The notes beneath the pieces are model-generated. The model saw only the letters and a program-made list of their open reading frames with translations. It was not told the DNA's origin and ran no database searches. A program made the translations under genes and the position numbers. From positions 1,600,001 to 1,664,000 of the forward strand of contig OZ252299.1 in NCBI GenBank assembly GCA_965250285.1: a stretch of DNA of 64,000 bases, given 5' to 3'. This document shows positions 30,563-41,233 of this stretch, piece after piece (positions within the stretch are counted from its first letter, which is position 1; the number at the start of each line of letters is the position of its first letter). This DNA comes from Myxococcota bacterium (GTDB lineage Bacteria > Myxococcota_A > UBA9160 > UBA4427).

Positions 30563-32134
30563 ATGACGACCTCGAAGCAAGGCCCCCCCGCTGGCCACGC
30601 CCGCATCCTGATTCTCGACTTCGGCTCTCAGTTCACGCAGCTGATCGCGCGCCGGATTCGTGAGCAGCACGTCTACTGCGAGATCCACCCCGGTGACCTC
30701 GATGTCGAGTCCGTGCGCCGCTTCGGCGCGTCGGGGATCGTGCTCTCGGGCGGCCCGTCGAGCGTGACCGACGACGACGCCCCGCGCCTCGATCCCGCCG
30801 TGCTCGAGCTCGGGCTGCCGGTGCTCGGCATCTGCTACGGGCTGCAGCTGCTCGTCCACATGCTCGGTGGCCACGTCGAGGCGGCCGACGATCGCGAGTA
30901 CGGGCGGGCCCACCTGAAGATCGAGCGCGACGACCCGCTCTTCGCGGGCCTCGAGGCCGACACCGACCACGTCGTGTGGATGAGTCACGGCGACCGCGTG
31001 CTCGAACTGCCCAGCGGCTTCGAGGTGCTCGCGAGCAGCGGCAACTCACCGTTCGCGGCGGTGCGCGCTTCGGGCGCCGATCTCTGGGGCCTGCAGTTCC
31101 ATCCCGAGGTGGTCCACACCGAGGGCGGCGGGCGCATGCTCGAGAACTTCGTCGGTGGGATCTGCGGGTGCGCCGGTGACTGGACGATGGCGGCCTTCGT
31201 CGAAGAGGCCATCGCCGACATTCGGGCGCAGGTCGGCGACGGACAGGTCGTGTGCGGGCTCTCGGGTGGCGTCGATTCATCGGTCGCGGCCGCGCTGGTG
31301 CACCGCGCGGTGGGCGACCAGCTGACGTGCATCTTCGTCGACCACGGCCTGATGCGCGAGAACGAGCGGGCGCAGGTCGAGGCCACGTTCCGCGAGAGCC
31401 TCGGGATCGACCTGGTGACGGTCGACGCGAGCGAGCTCTTTCTCGGCAAGCTCGCCGGCGTCACCGATCCGGAGGAGAAACGCAAGATCATCGGCGCGCT
31501 GTTCATCGAGGTGTTCGAGGACGAAGCCGCGAAGGTCGGCGATGCGAAGTTCCTCGTGCAGGGCACGCTCTATCCCGACGTCATCGAGAGCGTCTCGGTC
31601 AAGGGGGCCTCGGTCACGATCAAGAGCCATCACAACGTCGGCGGTCTGCCCGAAGACATGAAGCTCGAGCTGGTCGAGCCGCTGCGCGAGCTCTTCAAGG
31701 ACGAGGTGCGCGCCCTGGGCCGCGAGCTCGAGCTGCCCGAGCATGCCGTGGCCCGGCATCCCTTCCCCGGGCCGGGCCTCGCCATTCGCATCATGGGTGA
31801 GGTCACGCCCGAGCGGCTCGAGCCGCTGCGGCGGGCCGACGCGATCATGAACGAAGAGATCCGCGCAGCCGGACTCTACGACGAGATCTGGCAGGCGCTC
31901 GTGGTCTTCCTGCCCGTGCAGAGCGTGGGGGTCATGGGGGATGCGCGCACGTACGAGAACGTCGTCGCCGTGCGATGCGTCACTTCGGTCGACGCAATGA
32001 CGGCCGATTTTGCGCACGTGCCCTACGAGGTGCTCGGCCGCATCTCGAATCGCATCATCAACGAGGTGAAGGGCATCAACCGGGTCGTCTACGACATCTC
32101 GTCGAAGCCGCCCGCGACGATCGAGTGGGAATAG
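30563..32134 (+). CDS. guaA: GMP synthase (glutamine-hydrolysing)
   Basis: [49 protein letters not shown]. Confidence 0.97.
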   Translation: MTTSKQGPPAGHARILILDFGSQFTQLIARRIREQHVYCEIHPGDLDVESVRRFGASGIVLSGGPSSVTDDDAPRLDPAVLELGLPVLGICYGLQLLVHMLGGHVEAADDREYGRAHLKIERDDPLFAGLEADTDHVVWMSHGDRVLELPSGFEVLASSGNSPFAAVRASGADLWGLQFHPEVVHTEGGGRMLENFVGGICGCAGDWTMAAFVEEAIADIRAQVGDGQVVCGLSGGVDSSVAAALVHRAVGDQLTCIFVDHGLMRENERAQVEATFRESLGIDLVTVDASELFLGKLAGVTDPEEKRKIIGALFIEVFEDEAAKVGDAKFLVQGTLYPDVIESVSVKGASVTIKSHHNVGGLPEDMKLELVEPLRELFKDEVRALGRELELPEHAVARHPFPGPGLAIRIMGEVTPERLEPLRRADAIMNEEIRAAGLYDEIWQALVVFLPVQSVGVMGDARTYENVVAVRCVTSVDAMTADFAHVPYEVLGRISNRIINEVKGINRVVYDISSKPPATIEWE

Positions 32135-32269
32135 GGCGCCCGAGCGCGCCGAGCCGAAACGGTGTGCCAGCGTTGGCCGGGGGGTGTGACGCGATGTCGA
32201 ATCTGAACAACGAGGCCGCTCCGTCGCGGCCGTCTGGTCGATGCGCTGCGGCGCCCGGGGCGGTCTAGC

Positions 32270-35200
32270 GTGCCGAAGCCCTTCGTCCATCTCCACCTGC
32301 ATACGCAGTACTCACTGCTCGACGGGGCCATCAAGCACAACCCGCTCTTCGAGCGGGCCAAGGCGTGCAACATGCCGGCGGTCGCGCAGACCGACCACGG
32401 CAATCTCTTCGGCTCGGTCGAGTTCTACGAGAAGGCCCTCGCGAACGACGTCAAGCCGATCATCGGCTGCGAGGTCTACTTCGCCGGTGGCTCGCGGTTC
32501 GACCGCGAGCGGCGCGAACGCGACGAGCAGGGCTTCGATGCCATGAACCACCTGCTGCTGCTCGCGATGAACGAGCAGGGTTACCAGAACTTGATGTATC
32601 TGGTCTCGAAGGCGTACCTCGAGGGCTTCTACTACAAGCCCCGGGTCGACTGGGATCTGCTCTCGAACCATCACGAAGGTCTCATCGCCACCTCGGGTTG
32701 CCTCTCGGCTCCCGTGCCGCGGGCGATCGTGCGCGGTGAAACCCAGCGCGCCTGGCAGCTCGCCGAGCAGTTCCACGATCTGTTTGGCGATCGCTACTAC
32801 CTCGAGGTGCAACGTCACGGCATCCACGATCAGGACGTCGTGAATGAAGAGCTATTCAAGATGGCCCACGATATGCGGATCCCGCTCGTGGCCACGAACG
32901 ACGCGCACTATCTCGATGCCGATGATCACGAACACCACGACGCGCTGTTGTGCATCGGCACCGCTGCCAACCTCTCCGACGAGAAGCGCTTCCGGTTCGA
33001 TGGCAGCGGCTTCTACGTTCGCAATGGCGACGAGATGCGCGAGATCTTTCATGATCATCCCGAGGCGGTCGAGAACACCCTCGTCATCGCCGAGCGCTGC
33101 GCGGTCGAGATCCCGATGGGCACGTACCACATGCCCGACTACCAGGTGCCGGCGGGCAAGAGCCTCGACGAGGTCATGGAGGAGCAGGCGCTGACCGGGC
33201 TGCGTGAGAAGCTCGGCATGGCGCCCGATCAGCCCTTCGAGACGAGCGACCAGAAGACCTATCTCGAGCGTCTCGGCCACGAGACGAAGGTGATCCGGGA
33301 CATGGGGTTCTCGGGCTACTTCTTGATCGTGGCCGACTTCATCAACTACGCGAAGCGAAACGGCATCCCGGTCGGTCCCGGGCGCGGCAGCTCGGCGGGC
33401 AGCCTGGTCGCGTACGGCATGAACATCACCAATGTCGACCCGATCGAGTACGACATCATCTTCGAGCGGTTCCTGAACCCCGAGCGCGTCTCGATGCCGG
33501 ATATCGACGTCGACTTCTGCATGCGCGGGCGCGAGCAGGTGATCCGCTACGTCGCGGACAAGTACGACGGCGATCGGCCAGCCCCACGCGAGGGCATGGA
33601 CGAGCGCGACGGCGAGTTCGACCAGATGCGGGTCGCACAGATCGTGACATTCGGGACGCTGCAGGCGAAGGCGGCCATTCGCGACGTCGGCCGTGTGCTC
33701 GGCATGAGCTTCGGCGACGTCGACCGAATCGCGAAGCTCGTGCCCGAGGTGCTCGGGATCACGCTCGCCGAGGCGATCGAGCAGAGTCCCGAGCTGCGTG
33801 CGCGCATGGGCTCCGACGGCCAGGTCGCGAAGCTGATGGAGACGGCGCAGCGTCTCGAAGGGCTCACGAGACACGCGTCGAAGCACGCCGCGGGCGTGGT
33901 CATTGGCACCAAGCCGCTCATCGAGATGGTGCCGCTCTACCGCGACCCGAAGAGCGGCGACGTGATGAGCCAGTACAACATGGTCTGCGTCGAGCAGGTC
34001 GGGCTGATCAAGTTCGACTTCCTGGGGCTCAAGACCCTGACGCTGATGTCCGACGCCGAGCGCATGATTCGGCGCAAGCCCGGCTTCGAGGACTTCGACG
34101 TCAACGCGATCCCACTCGACGACACGACGACCTACGACCTGCTCTGCTCGGGTGACACCGAGGGGGTGTTCCAGGTCGAATCATCGGGCATGACCGACCT
34201 GGTGCTGAAGCTCAAGCCGCGCAGCTTCCGCGAGGTGATCCCGCTCGTCGCGCTGTACCGGCCGGGTCCGCTTCAGAGCGGCATGGTCGACGACTTCGTG
34301 AATCGGAAGAACGGACACACGAAGATCGCCTACCTGCACCCGACGATCGTCGACCTGACCGAGGAGACCCTCGGCGTCATCGTCTACCAGGATCAGGTGC
34401 TGCAGATCGCGCAGCGGATGGCGGGCTACAGCCTGGGCGAGGCCGATCTGCTGCGCCGCGCTATGGGCAAGAAGAAGCCCGAGGAGATGCAGAAGCAGCG
34501 CGCGCGCTTCATCGACGGGTCGGTCGAGAACGACATCCCGGCGAAAGAGGCGGGCGACGTCTTCGATCTGATCGTCGAGTTCGCGGGCTACGGGTTTCCG
34601 AAGGCACACTCGACGGCCTACGCCTACATCACCTATCAGACCGCCTACCTGAAGGCGAACCACCGCGCCGAGTATCTCGCGGCGGTGCTGACGATCGACT
34701 CGGCGAACCATGACCGGATGTCTCGTTACATCGCCCATGTGCGCGAGAGCGGCATCGAGATCCTGCCGCCCGACGTGAACGGCAGCGAGAAGGACTTCAA
34801 CGTGGTCGAAGGGGCGATCCGCTTCGGCTTCGCCGGGATCAAGAACGTGGGGGCCGGGGCGATCGACTCGGTCCTCGAGGCGCGCGGCGATGGCGGTCCG
34901 TTCGAGAGCTTGTTCGACTTCTGCGCGCGTGTCGATGCGCGCAAGGTAAATCGCCGCGTCGTCGAGGCGCTCGTCCGCTGCGGCGCCTTCGACACGCTGC
35001 ACCCGAACCGCTCGTCGGTCTGGGCAAGTCTCGACGGCGCGCTCGAGCGTGCGGCTTCGGAGCAACGTGACCGCGCGGTCGGGCAGGAGAACCTGTTCGG
35101 CGGTCTCACGGGCGACGACGCGCCGACCAAACCGGTCCTGCTGGACGCGCCCGACTGGAGCGAGCGCGAGCGACTCGCGCACGAGAAGGAGCTGCTCGGC

Positions 35201-35818
35201 TTCTACGTGAGCGGACACCCGCTCGGCGAGGTCGCGGGAGAGATGCGCCGCTACACGGACACCACCTCGACGACCGCCGAGGGCAAGGACGGTCGCGAGG
35301 TCATGGTGGGTGGGCTGCTCGCCGGGCTGCGCGAAACGCGCACCAAGCGCGGACAGCGCATGGGCTTCGCGACGCTCGAAGACCTCGAAGGGGCGTTCGA
35401 GCTCGTCATCTTCTCCGACCCGTACAACATGCACGTCGAGACCCTCCGGGAGGCTTCGGACGGCGGCGGCGAGGGTGGCCCACTGCCGCTGCTCATCTCG
35501 GGTACGCTCGAGATGGGGGACCCGCCGAAGATCCTGGTGCGAGACGTCTTGAAGCTGACCGAGGCACAGCAGCGCCTGACGCAGCGCCTGCGCGTGCGCG
35601 TCCTCGAGCCCGATGTGGATCGCGACCGGATGCTCGCGCTGCGCGAGGTGTTGCGGTCGCATCAGGGCGATTGCTCGGTCTACCTTCACATCACGATCCC
35701 GGGCGAGAGCGAGACGGTGCTCCAGATCGGCGGGATCCGGGGGGTCGACCCGAGCGACGTGCTGCTCAAGGACGTCGACGCACTCTTCGGACGCCCGGTC
35801 ACGGAGTGCTCGGCGTGA
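32270..35818 (+). CDS. dnaE: DNA polymerase III alpha subunit
   Basis: HLHLHTQYSLLDG PHP, GPGRGSSAGS, ERVSMPDIDVDF, KFDFLGL, FAGYGF, EKELLGFYVSGHP, OB fold. Confidence 0.97.
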   Translation: MPKPFVHLHLHTQYSLLDGAIKHNPLFERAKACNMPAVAQTDHGNLFGSVEFYEKALANDVKPIIGCEVYFAGGSRFDRERRERDEQGFDAMNHLLLLAMNEQGYQNLMYLVSKAYLEGFYYKPRVDWDLLSNHHEGLIATSGCLSAPVPRAIVRGETQRAWQLAEQFHDLFGDRYYLEVQRHGIHDQDVVNEELFKMAHDMRIPLVATNDAHYLDADDHEHHDALLCIGTAANLSDEKRFRFDGSGFYVRNGDEMREIFHDHPEAVENTLVIAERCAVEIPMGTYHMPDYQVPAGKSLDEVMEEQALTGLREKLGMAPDQPFETSDQKTYLERLGHETKVIRDMGFSGYFLIVADFINYAKRNGIPVGPGRGSSAGSLVAYGMNITNVDPIEYDIIFERFLNPERVSMPDIDVDFCMRGREQVIRYVADKYDGDRPAPREGMDERDGEFDQMRVAQIVTFGTLQAKAAIRDVGRVLGMSFGDVDRIAKLVPEVLGITLAEAIEQSPELRARMGSDGQVAKLMETAQRLEGLTRHASKHAAGVVIGTKPLIEMVPLYRDPKSGDVMSQYNMVCVEQVGLIKFDFLGLKTLTLMSDAERMIRRKPGFEDFDVNAIPLDDTTTYDLLCSGDTEGVFQVESSGMTDLVLKLKPRSFREVIPLVALYRPGPLQSGMVDDFVNRKNGHTKIAYLHPTIVDLTEETLGVIVYQDQVLQIAQRMAGYSLGEADLLRRAMGKKKPEEMQKQRARFIDGSVENDIPAKEAGDVFDLIVEFAGYGFPKAHSTAYAYITYQTAYLKANHRAEYLAAVLTIDSANHDRMSRYIAHVRESGIEILPPDVNGSEKDFNVVEGAIRFGFAGIKNVGAGAIDSVLEARGDGGPFESLFDFCARVDARKVNRRVVEALVRCGAFDTLHPNRSSVWASLDGALERAASEQRDRAVGQENLFGGLTGDDAPTKPVLLDAPDWSERERLAHEKELLGFYVSGHPLGEVAGEMRRYTDTTSTTAEGKDGREVMVGGLLAGLRETRTKRGQRMGFATLEDLEGAFELVIFSDPYNMHVETLREASDGGGEGGPLPLLISGTLEMGDPPKILVRDVLKLTEAQQRLTQRLRVRVLEPDVDRDRMLALREVLRSHQGDCSVYLHITIPGESETVLQIGGIRGVDPSDVLLKDVDALFGRPVTECSA

Positions 35819-35898
35819 AGACGGTCCAGACTGCGACCGGGTGCGCCGATGAGTTCGAGCGCCGTCGCACCGGGCGGTTCACACAGGGAGTGCGCGGC

Positions 35899-36738
35899 AT
35901 GCAACGATGGCATCGAAGCGTTCGGGGCTCGAGCTCTGGATGCGCGGGGCCCTGGCTGTGGACCGTCGGGATCACGCTGGCGATGTCGCTCTGCGCAGCG
36001 GCCGCGCACGCCGAGGATCAGCGGGTGCTGCGGGTCGTGGGCGTGCAGCCTCTCGATCAGTCGGCGGCGCGGGCGGGCGGGCCGCGCCAGGGCGCGATCG
36101 ACGCTGCGCTCTACGAGGCGGTCTCTCGCGTCGCGCAGGAGCTCGTGGACGAGTACGGCCCCGTCGCGTCGCAGGCAGGTGGGGACGGCGGCGACGGCGC
36201 GGGCGACGGCCTGCCCGACGGCTGGATGAAGAGCGCGCTCGGCCAGAACATGACGCCGTTCGCGCGCTCGTTTCGGATCGTCGAAGACCAGGGCAGCCGG
36301 CCCGTGCTCTTCAAGGGCGAGACCGACGCGACCCACGAGTACGTGGTCGTGGTCGAGACGAGTGTCGACGTCGACAAGGTGCGGGATCGGCTCACCGAGA
36401 AGGGCATCATTGCGCTGCAAGAGGACGACTTCGGCGAGGACGGTGTCGAGATCGAAGCCCTCGGGCTCCGCCATTGGTCCGGGTACGAGGCGCTGCTCGC
36501 GGCGCTCGAGGGGCCGGGCGTTCGGGCCAGCGACGTCCGCCCGCTCGAGTTCGAGGCGGGGCGTGCGCTCGTGCACGCGGTCGTCCGTGGCTCGGCCGAG
36601 GATGTGCTCGTGCGGTTGATGGCCGATACGCCGCCGGGCTTCGAGATCACGGACGGCGACGTCAGCTACAACGGCACGACGCCGCGGGTCGAGCTCAAGG
36701 TGCTCTGGACGCCGCCCGCGGCTCCGGCGGCCCGTTGA
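35899..36738 (+). CDS. Hypothetical secreted protein
   Basis: Signal peptide ending AAHA-E; coding-like codon usage; N-terminal region weakly reminiscent of FlgT-N/DUF2066-type domains (unverified). Confidence 0.65.
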   Translation: MQRWHRSVRGSSSGCAGPWLWTVGITLAMSLCAAAAHAEDQRVLRVVGVQPLDQSAARAGGPRQGAIDAALYEAVSRVAQELVDEYGPVASQAGGDGGDGAGDGLPDGWMKSALGQNMTPFARSFRIVEDQGSRPVLFKGETDATHEYVVVVETSVDVDKVRDRLTEKGIIALQEDDFGEDGVEIEALGLRHWSGYEALLAALEGPGVRASDVRPLEFEAGRALVHAVVRGSAEDVLVRLMADTPPGFEITDGDVSYNGTTPRVELKVLWTPPAAPAAR

Positions 36739-36854
36739 GGGCGCGCGCTGACCGGTCCACGGACTTCCCAGCGGGGAATCGGTGAGGGCATCGTGCGCGC
36801 CCACCGGGCGGGCCGGGAAGATCACCGGAAGCCACGACGGGTGACCCGATCGCG

Positions 36855-36882
36855 TTGACACGAGGCGGCAGAACGGTAAATA
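36855..36882 (+). promoter_or_regulatory. sigma70 promoter of the tRNA-Val-thrS unit
   Basis: TTGACA-N16-TAAATA followed by a GC-rich discriminator. Confidence 0.55.
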
Positions 36883-36904
36883 TCCCGCCGCCTTAGCTGG
36901 ATTC

Positions 36905-36980
36905 AGGCACGTAGCTCAGGGGCTAGAGCACCACCTTGACACGGTGGGGGTCGGCGGTTCAAATCCGCCCGTGCCTACCA
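36905..36980 (+). tRNA. tRNA-Val(GAC)
   Basis: AGGCACG/CGTGCCT acceptor stem, CCACC-TTGACAC-GGTGG anticodon arm, GGTTCAAATCC, encoded CCA. Confidence 0.96.
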
Positions 36981-37167
36981 TCCGCGCCCAGGGGGCCTGG
37001 TCTTGAGGCCAGGTGTCCGAGTCGGATGGCCGCGTGGCGACACTCCGCCACGGGATCCGCAAGCATCGACCTTCGACGGCGCCGACGCTGACGCATGAGA
37101 TCGTGCGAGAGCCGGCCCTTCAATCGGGAAGTCCGACGACGACGACGCCCATGATGAAAATGAAATC

Positions 37168-39108
37168 ATGAGTCCCATCACCGTCAGCCTGCCCGATGGC
37201 AAGGCGCTGTCGGTCGACGAAGGCTCCACAGTGCTCTCCGTGGCTGAGATGATCGGCCCGGGTCTCGCTAAAGCAGCACTCGCCGGAAGAATCGAAGGCC
37301 ACCTCGTCGACCTTCGCCAGCCTCTCACCGAGGACGTGGCGCTCGAGATCGTGACTACGCGCGATCCCGAGGGCGGCGACGTCCTGCGCCACAGTGCCGA
37401 GCACGTGATGGCCGACGCGGTGAAGCGCCTGTTCCCCGACGCCCAGGTCGATGCCGGCCGCGCCGATCACAGCGAGAAGTTTCAGTACGACTTCCTCGTC
37501 GCCGAGCCCTTCACGCCCGACGATCTCGAGAAGATCGAGGCGGAGATGCGGAAGGTCCTGAAGGAGAAGGCCGAGTTCTCGCGTGACGTGGTGACCCGCG
37601 ATGAGGCCAAGCAGCTCTTCGGCGACATGGGAGAGCAGCTCAAGCTCGAGCGACTGGCCGACATCCCGGACGACGCCGAGATCACCGTGTTTCGTCACGG
37701 TGACTTCGTCGACCTCTGTCGCGGGCCCCACGTTCGATCGACGAGCCAGATCGGCGCCGTGAAGCTGCTCGAGGCGAGCGGCGTCTACTTCAAGGGCGAC
37801 GAGTCGGGGCCGAAGCTGCAGCGGATCTACGGCACCGCCTTCGCCGACAAGAAGCAGCTGAAGGCCTACCTCGAGCGGATCGAAGAGGCGAAGAAGCGTG
37901 ATCACCGCCGCGTCGGGCCGCAGCTCGATCTCTTCCACCTCGACCAGATTGCGCCGGGCTCACCCTTCTATCTGCCCAAGGGCATGGTCGTGTACAACGG
38001 CCTCGTCGACTACGTGAAGTCGCTCTACCCGAAGTATGGCTTCGACGAGGTCATGACGCCCCAGCTGAACCGCAGCGAGCTGTACAAGAAGTCCGGTCAC
38101 TACGACATGTTCAAGGACGACATGTACTTCTTCGAGGGCACCGACGAGGGCGAAGAGCTCGGCGTCAAGGCGACCAATTGCCCCGGGCACTGCGAGATGT
38201 TCGCGAGCCGCAAGCGATCGTACCGCGAGCTGCCGTTGCGATTCGCCGAGTTCTCGCGGCTCCACCGCAACGAGCGGAGCGGCACGCTGAACGGGCTCGC
38301 TCGGGTGCGGTCGATGGCGCAGGACGATGCGCACATCTTCTGCGAGCCCGAGCAGGTCTGGGCCGAGGTCGATCAATTCTTCCAGCTGATGGCGGAGCTC
38401 TACGGGAGCCTCGGCCTCGACGGCGTGCACATGGCGGTGTCGACGCGCCCCGACCCGTACCTGGGCGACGCCGCCGACTGGGAAGAGGGCGAGAAGGCGC
38501 TGGTCGCGGCGGTCGAGCGCGCCGGCTTCGAGTGCCGGATCAAGCCCGGTGAAGCGGCCTTCTACGGCCCCAAGGTCGAGGCCGATTTCGAGGACGTGCT
38601 CGGGCGACGCTGGACGCTCGGGACGATTCAGATCGACATGGCGATGCCCGCGCGCTTCGGTCTCAAGTACATCGGGCGCGACGGCGAGCCGCACCAGCCC
38701 GCCATGCTGCACCGCGCCGTGCTGGGTTCGATCGAGCGATTCATGGCGATCTACATCGAACACACGGGCGGGGACTTTCCGTTCTGGCTCGCCCCCGTTC
38801 AGGTGGCCGTCGTGCCGATCAGCGAGAAGCACGCCGACTATGCCGCCGGGGTGCATGAGCGCCTTCGCGAAGCGGGCGTGCGTGCCGAGCTCGATGATCG
38901 GAGCGAGACCCTCGGCTATCGCATTCGTGAGGCCGAGAACAACAAGATTCCGCTGGTCCTCGTGATTGGCGACCAGGAGGTCGAGGGCGGGACGGTCTCG
39001 CCGCGCCTCCGCAAGTCGAAGGACAAGCTCGAGGCGACGGAGACCGGGGCGCTCGTGGAGCAGCTGGCCGGTGCCCACCGCGAGCGCAAGCTCGGTCCCT
39101 TTGCCTAG
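37168..39108 (+). CDS. thrS: Threonine--tRNA ligase
   Basis: TGS domain, HSAEH, DLCRGPH, RDHR, NCPGH, HRNE, AFYGPK, HRAVLGSIERF. Confidence 0.97.
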   Translation: MSPITVSLPDGKALSVDEGSTVLSVAEMIGPGLAKAALAGRIEGHLVDLRQPLTEDVALEIVTTRDPEGGDVLRHSAEHVMADAVKRLFPDAQVDAGRADHSEKFQYDFLVAEPFTPDDLEKIEAEMRKVLKEKAEFSRDVVTRDEAKQLFGDMGEQLKLERLADIPDDAEITVFRHGDFVDLCRGPHVRSTSQIGAVKLLEASGVYFKGDESGPKLQRIYGTAFADKKQLKAYLERIEEAKKRDHRRVGPQLDLFHLDQIAPGSPFYLPKGMVVYNGLVDYVKSLYPKYGFDEVMTPQLNRSELYKKSGHYDMFKDDMYFFEGTDEGEELGVKATNCPGHCEMFASRKRSYRELPLRFAEFSRLHRNERSGTLNGLARVRSMAQDDAHIFCEPEQVWAEVDQFFQLMAELYGSLGLDGVHMAVSTRPDPYLGDAADWEEGEKALVAAVERAGFECRIKPGEAAFYGPKVEADFEDVLGRRWTLGTIQIDMAMPARFGLKYIGRDGEPHQPAMLHRAVLGSIERFMAIYIEHTGGDFPFWLAPVQVAVVPISEKHADYAAGVHERLREAGVRAELDDRSETLGYRIREAENNKIPLVLVIGDQEVEGGTVSPRLRKSKDKLEATETGALVEQLAGAHRERKLGPFA

Positions 39109-39134
39109 GGCGAAACAGCCAGGAGGAACAACTC

Positions 39135-39818
39135 ATTCCCATTCGATCCAAGTACCGAATCGTGGCTCCCGAGAAGGATACCGTGCGCATCAACGAGCGG
39201 ATTCGCGTGCGCGAGATCCGCGTGATCGGCTCTGATTCCGAGCAGCTCGGCGTGATGTCCCCCGAAGAGGCCCTCGCGCTCGCGCGTGAAGAGGGGCTCG
39301 ACCTCGTCGAGGTCGCTGCCAACTCGCGACCGCCGGTGTGCCGCATCATGGACTACGGCCGGTACAAGTACGAACAGCAAAAGAAGAAGAAGAGCACGAA
39401 GTCGCATGCGGCGACGCTCAAAGAAGTGAAGATGCGTCCCGGTACGGACCAGCACGATCTCAACTTCAAGCTCGGCAAGGTGCGCAAGTTCCTGGTCGAG
39501 GGCGACAAGGTCAAGATCACGGTCATGTTTCGCGGGCGCGAGATGGTCCACACCGATCGTGGGCGAAAGCAGCTGCAGGTCGTCATGGAGCAGCTCGGGT
39601 CGCTCGCGAAGATGGAAAATCCGCCGCGCATGGAAGGGCGCTTCATGTCGATGATCGTCGTCGGCGAGCGCGAAGCCATCGCGGAGCTGAAGAAGAACCA
39701 GGAGGCCGAAGCCCAGAGCGCTGACGCTGCCGAGTCGACCGAAGGGGAGACGAAGGCCGCGAAGAGTGCCGAGGAGCCGAAGGCCGCCGAAACCGCCGTC
39801 GAAGACGGCCAGGGATGA
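39135..39818 (+). CDS. infC: Translation initiation factor IF-3 (probable ATT start)
   Basis: [28 protein letters not shown]; in-frame ATT 8 nt after AGGAGG (the ORF track uses GTG 39162). Confidence 0.93.
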   Translation: MPIRSKYRIVAPEKDTVRINERIRVREIRVIGSDSEQLGVMSPEEALALAREEGLDLVEVAANSRPPVCRIMDYGRYKYEQQKKKKSTKSHAATLKEVKMRPGTDQHDLNFKLGKVRKFLVEGDKVKITVMFRGREMVHTDRGRKQLQVVMEQLGSLAKMENPPRMEGRFMSMIVVGEREAIAELKKNQEAEAQSADAAESTEGETKAAKSAEEPKAAETAVEDGQG

Positions 39819-39822
39819 AGAC

Positions 39823-40020
39823 ATGCCCAAGATGAAGTCGCATTCAGGCGCCGCGAAGCGCTTCAAGCGCACCGGTACCGGCAAGATCAAGCGAAGCAAG
39901 GCCAACAAGCAGCACATCCTCACGACCAAGACGACCAAGCGAAAGCGGCAGCTGCGCAAGAAGGACGAGGTGTCGGACGCGGACGTGCCCCGGGTGGAGC
40001 GCCTGCTTCCCTACCTCTGA
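39823..40020 (+). CDS. rpmI: 50S ribosomal protein L35
   Basis: [21 protein letters not shown]...HILTTK. Confidence 0.96.
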   Translation: MPKMKSHSGAAKRFKRTGTGKIKRSKANKQHILTTKTTKRKRQLRKKDEVSDADVPRVERLLPYL

Positions 40021-40125
40021 GCATCGGGATCGAAGAGCAGGGTGCTGAGGCATCCATCGAAACGAATCGCATCGTCCGCGCCGAGCGCAGGGACGATCCA
40101 CGACTGAACGAGTGAGGACAGAGTC

Positions 40126-40482
40126 ATGTCACGAGTCAAGCGCGGTGTATCCGCACGGGCCCGTCGCAACCGGACGATGAAGCGAGCCAAGGGCTTCGTC
40201 GGCGGTCGCGGCAAGCTTCACAGTGTCGCCATGGAGGCGGTCGAGAAGGCCGACAAGTACGCCTACCGAGACCGCAAGCAGCGCAAGCGGGAGTTCCGCG
40301 CGCTGTGGATCGCGCGCATCAACGCCGCCGCGCGGGAGCACAGCCTCTCGTACAGCCGCTTCATCGATGGTCTGAAGAAGGCCGGCGTCGAGATCGATCG
40401 CAAGGTGCTGGCCCAGCTGGCCATCAGCGATCCGAAGGCATTCGGTCAGCTCGCCGAGCTCGCAAAGAACTCGGTTGCCTAG
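40126..40482 (+). CDS. rplT: 50S ribosomal protein L20
   Basis: [31 protein letters not shown]. Confidence 0.97.
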   Translation: MSRVKRGVSARARRNRTMKRAKGFVGGRGKLHSVAMEAVEKADKYAYRDRKQRKREFRALWIARINAAAREHSLSYSRFIDGLKKAGVEIDRKVLAQLAISDPKAFGQLAELAKNSVA

Positions 40483-40776
40483 CATCGCGGGGCGAGCGAC
40501 ACCGGGCCGGGATCGGCTCGGATCGGGGCGCGTGACCCGGGTCTCGACTTCTCCTGGCCGCGCGCCGGGTGGTCGTGCCGCGCCCGGCCCGATGCTTCGT
40601 GGGTGAACGGCCCCGCCGATGTCTGCGGCGGCGACGGTTTCACTCCAGGCAGCTGCGTAAAGGCCCGAAAAGCGTAGTAAAATGATCGCGTCGGCGACGC
40701 CCGCCGAGCATCGCCGACGCTGCCGCAGTCCCCGTGATCGGGGGCGATCATGCGTGTCACGGGGGGAGAGATCCAG

Positions 40777-41118
40777 ATGACCAAGGCCGAGATCGTGGAG
40801 CAGATCTACGAGCGCGTGGGGTTCTCCAAGAAGGAGGCCGCCGAGCTCGTGGAGAAGGTCTTCGAGATCATCAAGGAGACGTTGGCCGACGGAGAGAAGG
40901 TCAAGATCTCCGGCTTCGGCAACTTCGTGGTGCGGCACAAGAACGCGCGCAAGGGTCGCAACCCGCAGACCGGCGAGGAAATCCTCCTCGAAGCGCGCAA
41001 GGTGCTGACGTTCAAACCCTCGCTCGTGCTAAAGAATGTCTTGAACGAAACGGAGGTCGACGAAGCAGAAGCGTCGGCCGCCAGCTCCGAGGCCCAGACC
41101 GGCGCGGAGCAGATCTGA
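40777..41118 (+). CDS. ihfA: Integration host factor subunit alpha
   Basis: MTKAEIV, VKISGFGNF, GRNPQTGE, TFKPS; followed by the conserved MerR gene. Confidence 0.92.
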   Translation: MTKAEIVEQIYERVGFSKKEAAELVEKVFEIIKETLADGEKVKISGFGNFVVRHKNARKGRNPQTGEEILLEARKVLTFKPSLVLKNVLNETEVDEAEASAASSEAQTGAEQI

Positions 41119-41233
41119 TCCAGCCCGTCGACCGGGTTCGACCGCGCACGCTGCAAGGGCGCGTCGCGACGACACGGCCATGACGGGCGAGCGAAGATCG
41201 TTTCGACGACGCGCACGGGGCGGGGGAGAGCGC

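Noticed and set aside
32270..35818. Intein in dnaE
   Set aside because: Length (1182 aa) is normal, with no Cys...His-Asn splice junctions or homing endonuclease motifs
36981..37167. T-box or tRNA-mimic operator in the thrS leader
   Set aside because: Hairpins are present, but no T-box consensus or clear Thr anticodon-like loop could be identified
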